A program made the translations under genes and the position numbers. A DNA stretch of 64,000 nt from Phaeosaccion multiseriatum (taxonomy: Eukaryota; Protista; Ochrophyta, other classes). The notes under the pieces are model-generated. The model was not told where the DNA came from. It was given only the letters and a program-made list of their open reading frames with translations, and did not search any database. Position 1 is the stretch's first letter; every line of letters begins with the position of its first letter. The stretch is taken from contig OZ218951.1 of NCBI GenBank assembly GCA_965112735.1, positions 2,728,001 to 2,792,000 on the forward strand, read 5' to 3'. Shown here in pieces: positions 32,501 to 44,217 of the stretch.

Positions 32501-33552
32501 GATGCCACTTTCGTTTGGAGAAGTGATGCTCTGTGTGAAGATGGGCTGTCGCTACCGTCCAACGAAGTGCTTTCTTGTGACGCGGTAAGAAAAGGAAGCC
32601 CCATTCATCGTTTCCCCGTTCGGTTCTTCGCCATCTTATCATTTGATATCCTCCTCGGTCCTCTGTCTCTCTCTGTCTCTCCCTCTCCCTCTCTCCCTCT
32701 CTCTCTCTCTGTCCTCCCTCTCTCTCTGTTCTCTCTCTCCCTCTCTCTCTCCCTATCTCTCCCTTCCTCTCTCTCTCTCTCTCCGCTCTCTCCTCTCTCT
32801 CTCTCTTTCTCTCTCTTTCTCTCATTCTCCGTCTCTCCCTCTCTCTCCCTCTCGGTCTCTCTCCCACTCTCTCCCTCCTCTCTCTCTCTGACACACGCAC
32901 ACTCCTCTCTCATATGCCCCCTCTCCTGCCCTCCACTGCTCTCTTGTACCTCGCTTTTGTGACTTTTAACACTCCAGGTACACTGGGACTCGTACATGGG
33001 CATCGTGATCGCCTTGTTCTGCTGCTTGTCTATGTTGTACGGGGTGGTGCTGCTGGGCATCATGTGGCAGAACAGGTGAGAGAGAGAGAGAGGGAAGGGG
33101 GGGGGGGGAGGGAGAGAGAGGGAGAGACAGGGAGAGAGAGGCAGACACAGAGAGAGAAAGCAGTCCAAGGGCCCATGAATCCCCTTTGATGATCTTTTCC
33201 GAAGGACTTGGGCCCAAACCGCTCAAGGCCAACGCGTTTGTAGTGCGTCTTCTCACATCGCTCTATGATAGTGCTACGGAGCACTCTTAAATGGAAAGTG
33301 ACACTCCTACATTCATATTCGAGCACACCTACATTCATATTCCTTGACATAGTCCGTTGATGCTCTGCCACTGACGCATCTCTCACCGCCGATGACACTC
33401 CTCTCTCTCCCTCTCTCCCTCCCTCTCTCTCTCTTCCTCTCTCTCTCGTCTCTCCCTCTCCCTCTCGTCTCTCCCCCCACCCCTCTCTCCCTCTCCCTCC
33501 CTTCCTCCCTCCCTTCCTCCCTCCCTCCCTCCCTCCCTCCCTCTCCTCCTCT

Positions 33553-33586
<34 letters not shown>

Positions 33587-34633
33587 CCCTCGCTTTCAAA
33601 ATCCACCAAATACACCCCCCCACTCGTCATAACAGGACGCATTGGATCGTGAAACTCAGTCAAGCGATGTTTTGCTACATGTTCCTGTCGGGGTGCATTG
33701 CTCTGAGCCTGACCAACTTGTTCTTCCTGGGGCCTGCCACCAACGCCGTTTGTTTCCTACGGCCGTGGATGCTGCATCTGTCGCTCACCTTCACCATCGG
33801 CTGCCTTCTTGTCAAAGTAAGACCGGTGTATGCACACGCACGCACACACACACCCACATACCTATATGCACACACACACACAGAGAAAGAAGGAGAGAGA
33901 CGCACACACACACCTATATGCGAGCATAGACAGAGAGAGAGGGAGAGGGAGTCTTTCTTTCTTTCTCTCTCTCTCTCACACAGATGGCTACACATGCCTC
34001 CTTCATCCCATTGTAGTGCGATGGTCTTGCTTGTGTTATGACTTTCTGGCGAGGAGTCATGTCAAGGGCTCGGAGGTGGGGATTGGGTTTGAGGTGGCCT
34101 GGTTGGTGATACAATAACATCTATGCTTACACGTCTCGCCCTCCCCTCCTCCCCCCTCCCCTCTCCTCCCCTCCCCTCCCCTCCCCTTCCCTCGCCTCGC
34201 CTTCCCTCGCTCTTGTACTCCTCTTGCACACCACTACCGACCGACCGACACGAGCAACAGGTGCACCGCGCGTGGAAGCTCTTCGACCACACCACAGGTC
34301 TTAAGCGAATCAGAATCAGCAACCGGCAGCTTGTGCGGCGCATCGGGCTTCTATGTAGTGTGGACGTCTTTCTCCTAGTTCTGTGGAGTGCCATCTTTAC
34401 GCCCCACGCTACCTCATCAACGGAGCTTGACGGTTTCGTGACGGTGCCTCATCTTGAGTGTGACGATTCCAGTGGCGGTCACGTGTTTTCCTACGTTCTC
34501 TGGGGATACAAAGTGAGTGATGGGAGGGAGAGAGAGGGGGGGGGGGCGCAAGACGGTGTAAGGTGTGGTAACGCCTCCAAGGACTATCCACTCTGCTGAC
34601 CTCTCTTCTCCACCCCAACCCCCCTCATGCGAA

Positions 34634-34683
<50 letters not shown>

Positions 34684-35440
34684 ACACACACACCATGTCT
34701 ATGTGAGCAGCTGATCTTGCTGACGGCGGGGGCCTATCTGTCCTACCAAACATGGAGCATCAACGACACCGCAGCGGAGGCAAAGCCCACGGCAGTCTCT
34801 CTGTACAACGTCATCATTCTCCTCCTCGTCAATGCTTTGCTCAAGATTATGAACTCGACTCCAGTCCTTTCGGTGAGTGAGGAAGTGGGTGTAGTATGTC
34901 AGTGGGTGGGTGGATTAGTGAGCGGGTGGGTGGGTCCAGAGTATAGCTCGTTTATTCACTTCTTCGCACCGTGTGCTCCGTTCGTGTTCTCTCCTCCATT
35001 TTCCCTCCCATCTACTTCGTCGTCGTTTCCCTCCCTATCTCCCTCCCTCCCTCCCTCCTTCCCTCCCTCCCTCCCTCCCTCCCTCCCTCCCTCCCTCCCT
35101 CCCTCCCTCCCTCCCTCCCTCCCTCCATACTACACCCTTTCATCTTGTTCTGACTTCCCCCCTTCCTGCCCCTCTTGCACTGCCAGGTCACTTTACTGAG
35201 TGTCTCCATCATCACAGGCACAGTTTTCTCCATGACGGTCCTGTTCGTGCCCAAGCTGCAGCGCATCATAAGCGGAGAGACGGACGTTAGCTTAACCATG
35301 AGCAAGGCGACCACTCGGTCTTACAAGACGAGAGTGTCCGTCCAATCGAAGGTTTCCGGCCGCGGAACAAAGCCCCCCAGCCTACGTGGAAGCGTAAGTG
35401 GAAGAAGCGCAAGACCCCCTCCCAAGCTTAGCGAGAGCGG

Positions 35441-35476
<36 letters not shown>

Positions 35477-35720
35477 GGAGCAAGAAACATCGAGCAACAT
35501 GGTTCAGATGTCTCCACTCATACCCGTGGAGAGTCGGGAAGGGCCCGAAGGAAGGGCTGGGGAGGAGGTTGAGAAGAAGGCCAAGGTTGAGTTTGCTGTG
35601 AAACCACGGGGGCGGAGTGGGAGCAGTGGCAGCAGTTTCGTCGTTCCCTCGCAACAAGATGATGGTGATGATGATGCTGCAACAGAGCAGATGCAGGACA
35701 TTGAAAAAATTATGTTATAG
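27850..35720 (+). CDS. GPCR copy B: full-length class-C (7tm_3/GABA-B-like) receptor with a long ectodomain (Ig-like region, filamin-type repeat, Cys-rich stalk); 13 exons: 27850-28747, 28986-29188, 29609-29683, 29969-30124, 31023-31211, 31394-31513, 31988-32122, 32369-32584, 32978-33075, 33636-33816, 34261-34512, 34711-34872, 35187-35720; ~1072 aa
   Basis: TM1 is followed by NRTHWIVKLSQAMFCYMFLSG (class C K.SQP.F-like motif), then C.LRPW..HL.LTF.IG.LLVK|VHRAWKLF (K.WR..IF-like), ECL2 LEC, GYK..LL..GAYLSYQTWSI...AEAK...SLYN, and TM7 ending LFVPKL. Filamin-like motifs: TRDLYGN, GDGVYEV, GSPF. The exons total 3219 nt, in frame. Confidence 0.85.
30125..30912. repeat. (GAGT)n-derived microsatellite, ~790 bp, starting at the 5' splice site of GPCR copy B intron 4
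   Basis: CTG|gtgagtgagtgactgagtgactgagtgagt... The copy A counterpart (24997-~25172) is ~175 bp. Confidence 0.95.
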
Positions 35721-35750
35721 TGAACAGGGTGAGGAGACGAGGAGAAGGAC

Positions 35751-35806
<56 letters not shown>

Positions 35807-36474
35807 GGAGGAGGAGGAGGAGGAGGAGGAGGAGGAGGAGGAGGAGGAGGAGGAGGGGGGAACCAGGTATATCAAAAACACACGTTCAAACTTGCTTCAA
35901 GCTAGGCGTTTGTATAGCAATGCCATTCTGAGTAACGGCGTTAGTATTGAATGTACTAAGGAAAGAAAACTCAGCTTCATACTAAGCACCAAGCAAACGT
36001 GTGTGTGCGGCCGTGTGTGCGTGCGTGAGTACGTGTAATGAGTCGGACAACCGTCGACTCACTGCGCTTCCTTGCCGGAGTAAAAGTCGTCGTACTTACT
36101 CGGCCCTAGAGCGGCCTAGACCTATCTTGGAGTATGTGAAGAGGCCCGCGACAGAGGCCCGCAGCGCGGCGGCGGAGGGAAGGGATTTAAGGGGGGAAAA
36201 TATATGTTCTAAAGAGGGACCCCCCCCCCCCCCTCCCTTGTTCACAGATTCATTTTTTCTTTATCACCAACACTTGCAGGTGTTTTTTTGTATCGTTCGA
36301 TGTTTCCCTGTTCCTCGAGAGATTCCCTCTTATTAATCATCCCGCAGCACACTCTGAAACTGCCCACAGTAGAGATTCTACCGAGGGGGATCTTGGTGAA
36401 AGGAATGGGACAGGGGGAGGAAGAGGAGCAAATATCTATCCCCTTGTCTTTGGACTGGGCCGACAGAGGAGAGA

Positions 36475-38231
36475 ATGTGGTTGGGCAGTGCCGTCGTCTT
36501 GCTCTCATTGCTGCTCGGCAATGCGGCTGATGATGGTGCTCCGTGTATGGAGCACTTTGGGAAGGTGACAAAGGAGCAGAGGGCAAGTTATGCCGAGGCT
36601 ATGACCTTTCAGGCCCAAACGGGGCCAGGACCGAGGCAAGCGAAAAAACCAGGACAGTTGCATGAAGAGATCAGTGACAGGACATTCAACTTTCTCGTCG
36701 CGGGCGAGAGCGGGTTGGGCAAGACCACTTTCATCAACACTTTCTTCCAATTCTACAGACCGGATGGGGTACATCTGTACGACGGTGACGTGCTTGGCGC
36801 AACAAGACTGAGTGACTTTGTCCATCCGGAGACGCGCGCGCAATTGCAGTATTCTTTCAGTCACTACATGGAGAAGGTTGCAGGCGGGGGATTCAACATG
36901 AAATACACATTGCAAGATACCCCTGGCTACGGCGACGATTTGAACGTCAACAAGAGCATATCCGTGGTGATGGACCACATTACTGAGCAGCACTGCAGCT
37001 GGAGTAGGCACAGGAGTGACGCCTTCATCAGTGGAGGTGAGCCTGACCCTGGCCTGGACACTCGGTACCACGTGTGTCTGTACTTCATCAGCCCACATCG
37101 ATACAGGATGAACGATCTCTATTTCATTGAGCAACTTTCCACAGTGTGCAACGTGATTCCCATCATTGCCAAGGCTGACAGCATCACAGTGGCAGAGATG
37201 GAGCGGTTCAGGCCTCACATCATGGGAATGGACGGTGATACACCGGCTGGTGTCGATCGTCGACTACAAGGGCTTGGCGCGAACAAAACCACTGCCCAGC
37301 TTCTCGAGTACTTCACGGCAGAGCTCGCCACGTTGGAGCCACCGGCGAAGAGGAGACTGGAAGACATGTCTAAAAAGTACCCTGACTGTGGTACGAAGGG
37401 AGGAAAAGGGGTCAGCGAGGCTTCCAGAAGAGAGGATTGTCTCAACCTCATCGATGTCTTCCTCGTCGAGAAGTACGGATCCAAAGAATCGGAGGCTGCT
37501 CGCCGGCGGGACGTTGCTACACGGTTCATGCGTTTCAGCGACCCTCAAAGGAGGCAATTTTATGAAGATTTCGGCATTCGCTCCCCGCCAGATGGAGTCT
37601 TCTCAGTCATTTTAGGTAAGAGCCGACCCCTGAGGGTTTCTGTGGCTGGGGCGCACCCATATGCTGCAGAGGGGCGGGTACTCCTCCTTTCATTCTCTTG
37701 TCTGCCATCCTTTCGTCCCTTTCTCACCCCAGCTCCGCCATGGCCTTGCTCCCTTCCTCCCTTGCTCCTTTGGTCCTGTTGCTTCCATGATCAGGCCACG
37801 ACGACCGCAGCGACTTCTTCGAGCAGTGCTTCAACGTGAGCCCCAGGGCGTATCCTGCTCGAGTGTATCCGTGGGGCAGTGCCGAGACATTCAACCCCCA
37901 GCAGAGCGACGGTTTCAGCTTGCGCATGATGCTGTTTGAATACGGTTTCTATGACATTGAGAAGGCCATGAAGACACTGCACAAGAAGATTAAATCCTCG
38001 GGCCGAATTGACGACGCGAGGTGCAGCGCCATCCGTAAGACTCAAGGCACCGCCAACAAGAGAGGGTGGTACTCATCGTGGCGATTCTCTGGACTTGCTG
38101 CGGTGCTTTGTGTGAGCGCAGCCACACTCTACATGAAAAGGACAACTGTTTCCAGAGAGCAAGAGCAAGCAAGGAGGAGGATCGAATATGCTGCACAAAT
38201 GCGGCGGCGCTCAGAATCTATAAAAACCTAA
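36475..38231 (+). CDS. Septin-family GTPase with predicted N-terminal signal peptide and C-terminal hydrophobic anchor; exons 36475-37615, 37795-38231; ~525 aa
   Basis: G1 FNFLVAGESGLGKTTFINT, G3 DTPGYGD, DTRYHVCLYFISPHR, G4 NVIPIIAKAD and the septin-unique element RVYPWG...N...SD..LR..L. One GT-AG intron; 1578 nt in frame. Confidence 0.9.
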
Positions 38232-39366
38232 TGGTAGGTCTCCTATAAAGGCCCCCCTCCTAACGATTTATCTCTAGGTAAAGTAACAAGGAATTTGTGC
38301 TTTCCTTTGCCTCAGCACTTGGCGGGACCGTCACCCTAAACAGTTACAGAATGTTTTGGACCGGCACCGCTTTAACGGCTGCGGGAGTCCTGACCCCTAT
38401 TAAACCCCGGGGCAGACTCGACCGACGGCAACAGCAGATGCTGTACAACGGCCGCACGCAGCACTTTTGAGGTCACCTCTTGTCCGCCGAGCAGGAGTTT
38501 CAGGCTTGCGGTAAGGTCAGTAAGGCACATTCGGTGTTATGAAGAGACTATTCGGGTGCCATGCCCACCATGCCCTATTTACGATAGTAAAAGAAAGCCT
38601 GATTTACACTACTACTGGCAAGCGAGCCCCAAGATTTCAATTTCTCTGCAAACAGAGCCCCGCGCGACCGTGAAACGACCGAAAGAAGGACAGTGTGTGT
38701 CTGGTGCGACAGAGACTGCCCCCTTCCTTGCCACTCCTCCTCACGTCAATTTGATTTGTGGTAAAATTCATACTTAAGTAACCACCTTGCCTTGAAAAAG
38801 AGGAAAGTGAATATGTGAGGCACACCACCGCTTGGGCGGTCCACACCCCACAACCCACAAAGCCTCCCCTCCTGCCCACACACTCACAACCCCCCCGTCC
38901 AAACGCCACCCACTCACTGAAGAATGCCCATGGTAACCACGGAACAAACTCAGTCCCCCCCCCTCCCCTCCCCGGACACTACACACCCTCACAGAGCGCA
39001 AGCACGGTGTGGTTGCAGTGGCGGAGAAAGAAGAAAGCAAAGCGTCGTAACGAAGGATTTCGTCCAACAAAACGAATCCAGGGGGGGAGGAGTGCCCTTC
39101 CACCTTCCAACAGGCTACTACTACTGTAGCCAATAAATCCACCATCTCTCCCTTCCTCTTCTCCTATTCGCCTCCTCCCCCCCCCCCCCCCCCCCTAGTC
39201 CACCCTCGTCCACATTCGCCGTCGCCAGCCTATGATACGATGTGAGCCTGCCAGCCTGGCCTGCCAAACCGGTCTCCGAACCTCGTCTCTCTCTCTCTCT
39301 CTCTCTCTCTCCCCGGCCACACCCCCTCCCTCCTGTCCTACCCATACTATTTCACTATGACACTTA

Positions 39367-42300
39367 TCACTTCTTCTTGGCGCTCAGGCACAGCCACACG
39401 GCGCTGTTGCACTTGAAGCCGCTTCCAAAGGCCACCTGCAGCACTCGGTGGCCCCTCCTAAGATCCTGATTGTCGATAATGTACTCCATCTCGTACCTGG
39501 GAATGAATGATCAAGTGGGTCAGGTCAGGCCAGAGAGAGAGGTGGGGGAGGGGGGTGGCGACAGAAGGGGAGAGAGATAGCGGGAGGCAGAAGAGAGGTG
39601 AGTGGATTCAACGGGCGTCCGAAAGACCAGGTCAGCTAATGAAGGGGAATGAAGGATTCAGATTGAGAAGCGCCAGGCGCGAGAGTGATGACGAAGGGCC
39701 CAAGGTTCGCCCATGTCTCTTGGAGAATCTCTCAGGTTAGGCCTCTACCACCACCCAATACCACCACCCAATCGTGGCCAGGAAGGAGGAGGGCCCTCTC
39801 GACTCTCCTCCCCTCCCCTCCCTGCCCACCCCCCCCCCCTCCTGTCTCCCCTGCTTCCCTCCCATCCTCTCCCATCCCTCCCTCCCTCCCTCCCTCTCCT
39901 CCGCCCTCACCAGATGGAGGAGGAGGAGGTGTTGCCGTAGTCATGCAGCGTCCTTCTGGACGGCTCTGAGTGGTGCTCCTGGAGTTTGAGATTCTTCTCA
40001 ATGCCGTCAATCACGCCTCGCCCGCCCGCATGGATGCAGAAGTGGTCAATGCCTCGCTGTGGCAATGGAGGGGTGGAAAGAGAGAGACAACAGAGGGCCC
40101 AGGTCAATTCACGCAGCTCACACGCTACACACATTACACTACACTTAACACGCACACATACTACAGTACACACACGCCCCCCCCCCCCCCCTCCCTCTCC
40201 GCCCACTGCCATCCACTGCCATCCACTGCCATTCTCCCGCCCTCCCTCCCTCCCTCCCTCCCTCCCTCATACCTTGAAGTCTGGGATGTAGGTCTTGACG
40301 CTGGGTACCCTCCCTGCCATGGCCTTGTTGGAGGCAAGCATCTTGCCGATGCGCTTGAGCACCAGGCTCTTGACCACCTTGAGCTGCTCGGATAGGGGCA
40401 GCACATACGGGCCCAGGGATGTGAAGTTCTTCTCCATGGCTCTGTTTGGGTGGTGGGGTTGGGTGGTTGGTTGGGGAGGGGGAAACGAGAGGGGGAGGGG
40501 GGAGGGAGAACGAGAGAGCAGAGGGAGAGAGAAGGTATATCAGAGAAAGAGAGGGCATGTGTGTAGAAAGACAGCAGAGAGCGAGAAGGACGGATGGGTA
40601 CCGCACACCGCCCGCCTTGCCGCCCCACGGAGGTAAGCCTGAGCCCAAGCCCTCAAACTTGAGCCCCAAGCCTAAGCGGCAAAGCAAAAGCCTCAGCGGC
40701 AAACCAAAAGTCTCAAACCAAAAGTCTCAAGACTGAGCCAAAGCTCCAGCCTGACCCCTCAAGCCTGACTGAGACAGAACACTGACTGAAGCCCCGAGTG
40801 AGAGCTGAAGACTGACCTGCCCGCAACCGTGACGATCTCCTTGCTAAGGCGCACACCGTGATGGCCCTCGTCGTCCTCACACTCAAACACACATCGGTAC
40901 GCCTCGTCGCCCTTGCCCTGCGTTCGGACAGTGTGCAGCAGCTTGAACTTGGCACGGGTGGCGTCTTGCCATCTGGGGGGGTGCGGGGGATAGATACGCC
41001 GTGGATGGGGCGGGGAAGGAGGACGAGGAGGAAGGTTAGGGCAGGAGGAGGAAGAGGAAGTTGTTGGACTCAACAACACGGCTGACAGAGTGCAAACGGT
41101 CCAAAGCTCGAGGGGGAGGCACGAAGAACTCCATGAAGAGAAAGGAGGCTTCAATGCGAATAGAGGAGCGTGCGAATGAGAGAAGACTACGTGTGATAGC
41201 ACATCACCACAGGCTTGTTGCGTCAAGCACAGTGTCAAGCACAGTGTCAAGCACAGTGTCAAGCACAGTGTCAAGCACAGTGTCAAGCAAAGTGTCAAGC
41301 ACGCTTCTTACCTGTTGGAGAGGACAATGGCGGCCCCTCCACAGCGGAAGAGCGTGTTCTGTAGGGGGATGCACAGAGAGAGGGATGGGGAGAGAAAGAG
41401 AGAGCCGTAAGAGAGAGGGCCATAAGACACACACAGAGAGAGAGGGAGGGAGAGAGCAATGAGAGAAAGAGAATGATGACGACGATAGGACCGTCCCACC
41501 AGGCCCAACATGTAGGGCGGTAGCCTGCAGTAAGGCCTAACGTAACCGGCCTACGGATATGTAAGGCACATTGCGCCGATACGTAAGGCCTGTACTTAGG
41601 ACTCTGCACCGAGACCGAGAGACCAAAAGACAGAGACCAATACAGAGACCAAGAGACCGAGAGACCGACCTGCAGCAGCATGCCCCTGGAGTTTCCGTGG
41701 TACAAGTTCTGCGTGAGGTTCTCGGTGGACACCACGAGGGCCACACTCTGCGGTCGGGCCTTCATGAGGTCCTTGGCGAGGTCGATGCTGATCACTCCGG
41801 CACTGCACCCCATTCCGCCTGAGGGAGTGGGGGTAAGAAGGAGGGGGAGAGGGAGGAGAGGAGGGGAGAGGGGGAGGGGGTGGGGGAGAGCGATTTAGAA
41901 ACGGCAGCGAGGCCTGCATGAGACTTGTTCGTCCCCTACCCTACCTCTCCCTCCGTCCCCTCCACTCACTCAGGTTGAACGTTTGGCAATTGGTGCGAAG
42001 GCCGAACTCGTGCACCACCATTGAGCACAGGGAAGGGGTCGGGCTGAAGAGACTGCAGTTGATGATGAGGAAGTCGATGTCTCCGGGCTTGACGTTGGCC
42101 TTGGCCATGGCCTGCGCTACAACGTCGTAAATGACGATGGAAGCTTCCTCCCGAGCTGCCTCCACAGACCTGTATTACACACACAAACACGCACAGTTAC
42201 ACGGGGGTTAGAGCGAGCACGCGAGCGAGCTAGAGAGCATTATTAGAGTACGCCGGGCGCGGCAAGCGAAAGGAAGGGGACAGAGCGAGAGAGGACCCTG

Positions 42301-43457
42301 TTCTCCCTCCTCCTCCTCCTCCTCCTCCTCCTCCTCCTCCTCCTCAGTCTCTATCCTTCCACTTCCCTCCTGACGCTCCTCAGCCAACCCCCTCCCTTCC
42401 TCCCTCCCTCCTATGTCCCTCCCTTACCTGTCGGCAACCACGTCAGCCTTGTGGCTCTTGAGGATGCCGGGTGGCCACGCTGTGGCCTGCCCTGTGCCGC
42501 TCTTCTCCAAGATGCGCTGCATAAACTGAATGCTGTCCTCCGTGAAGCACCTGGTAGTAGAGCAAGGGAGAGGAAGAGAGAGAGGATTACATAGAAGGGA
42601 GGGCATTAGACAGGAGTGCCGAGAGAGAGTGCATACTGAGGAGAGGTGGAGCCGTGTCAACGCAGGACCGAAACACGGCCACATCAGACAGACCAGACTG
42701 CTGCCGTAACGAACTCATCAACCAACGAACGAACGAAGCAAGTAACGAAGCAAGTAACACACACTAAACTCACTTCTGCCGCCGGAGAATGTTGACTATC
42801 TCATCGTGGCTAAGCTTCCACTCCGCGGGGGGCTTGAATGTGGCAAAGTCCACAAGGTACACGGGGGTGGCCTTGCGAGCAAACCACCACACCAGCCCCA
42901 CCAAGAGGGCGGTGGTCTTCCAACTAAGGTCCAAGAGCGTCTTGCTCACGGCGTCGCGATTGAAGGTGGCGGAGATGGTATCGACGAGAGACTCGCGGTT
43001 CTCGAAGGCGTCTCGGGCGATTTGGGCGGTGAGGATGCCCACACCGCACACCAGCAGGAAGGGAATGTAGATGGACACCACCTGGTATGGTTTATGACAT
43101 GGAGGCATATGGAGTGCGAGGAGGCTTCAGTGGGTTGGGGGGGTTGGGATTCGTTGAGTTTCGGGTCTTTATGATGATAGCGACAGTCAGTACAGGAGCT
43201 GAGTGAGTAGGGAGCGAGCGAGTCAAACCACTTAGGTTGGGGAGTAGCAAAGAGACTAGACACCGATAGGGTCTATACGCTTCACTTATGCACACACGCA
43301 CGCACGTACGCACCTGCGTCCAGTTGATGAGCTGGATCAGACGAGACTTCCGCACGCGATAGATCTTCTTGACCTCCTCCTCGTCAAGGTCCGGCAGAGA
43401 CAACACGCTCTCCTGACTACGAGTCATCCCCCCGTTGGGTCGGCCCGAAGGAGCCAT
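39367..43457 (-). CDS. KCS: 3-ketoacyl-CoA synthase (FAE1/KCS very-long-chain fatty acid condensing enzyme); exons 43457-43314, 43081-42774, 42550-42428, 42169-41970, 41818-41670, 41358-41312, 40972-40817, 40441-40273, 40056-39911, 39496-39367; ~523 aa
   Basis: [34 protein letters not shown]|[14 protein letters not shown] (catalytic Cys), [24 protein letters not shown]|[33 protein letters not shown]|YE and [15 protein letters not shown]. The exons total 1572 nt. Confidence 0.95.
41223..41302. repeat. Intronic minisatellite, 12-bp unit (agtgtcaagcac) ~6.5 copies
   Basis: Visible directly in a KCS intron, next to the donor of exon 41358-41312. Confidence 0.9.
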
Positions 43458-44217
43458 ACTTGTCCTACTCTACACGGAGGCAAGGAAACGAGAGCAAGGG
43501 GCAGGGAGGGAGGCGACAGAGGGGCTAATGAGGGCCCGGGGGTCGGGGGAAGTGTTTGGAGTCGGGAGGATTCTCGTTGCATTTAAAAAAGAGAAGGAGG
43601 AAGTGTCCCTTGAAAGAACGAAGAGCTTGTTGAAGTAATTAGTACGAGCGAGCAAGGCAGAAACGTCCCTCTCTACAGAACTGTGGGCGGGCGGCTGATG
43701 TCAGAAGGGAGAGTCGTGCACACCCAGCAGAACCGGCCACTATCAATGCGCTCAACGGGTTGTCGCGCAGTAGTGGCGAGGCAGGCAACTCGTGGGGAAG
43801 GGAAACAGTGCCGAGTCCTACCCCAGCCTGTCCCCGCCAGCCCAAGCCAGCGACACGGAGCGTAGTGCGCACTACGCGTCAGAGGTTTGAAGGGAAGACA
43901 AGTGGGGGTGTGTTGCTTTTTTCTCTTTTTTTTTCTCCTTACTCTCACCTCTTGTACTCCCTCCTTTTACAGGATTTGTTTCCTTCGCTGCTTTCCCTCC
44001 TTACCGCCGCTCGTGACTGTGCCTCCCCCTGGCGGCGATTACTATACGGTACTCGTGCTTGATATGCTGCTGTGGTGGAGGAGATGTGCGTGAGCTGCGA
44101 GAGAGTTGACGCGCAACCAAAAAAAGCGAGGCATCATACGTACCCCTCGGGCGGCACCATCTGTGAAATAGGCCGGAGACACAATACGTGCACTTCACTC
44201 GCTTCGCCGTGCGACCG

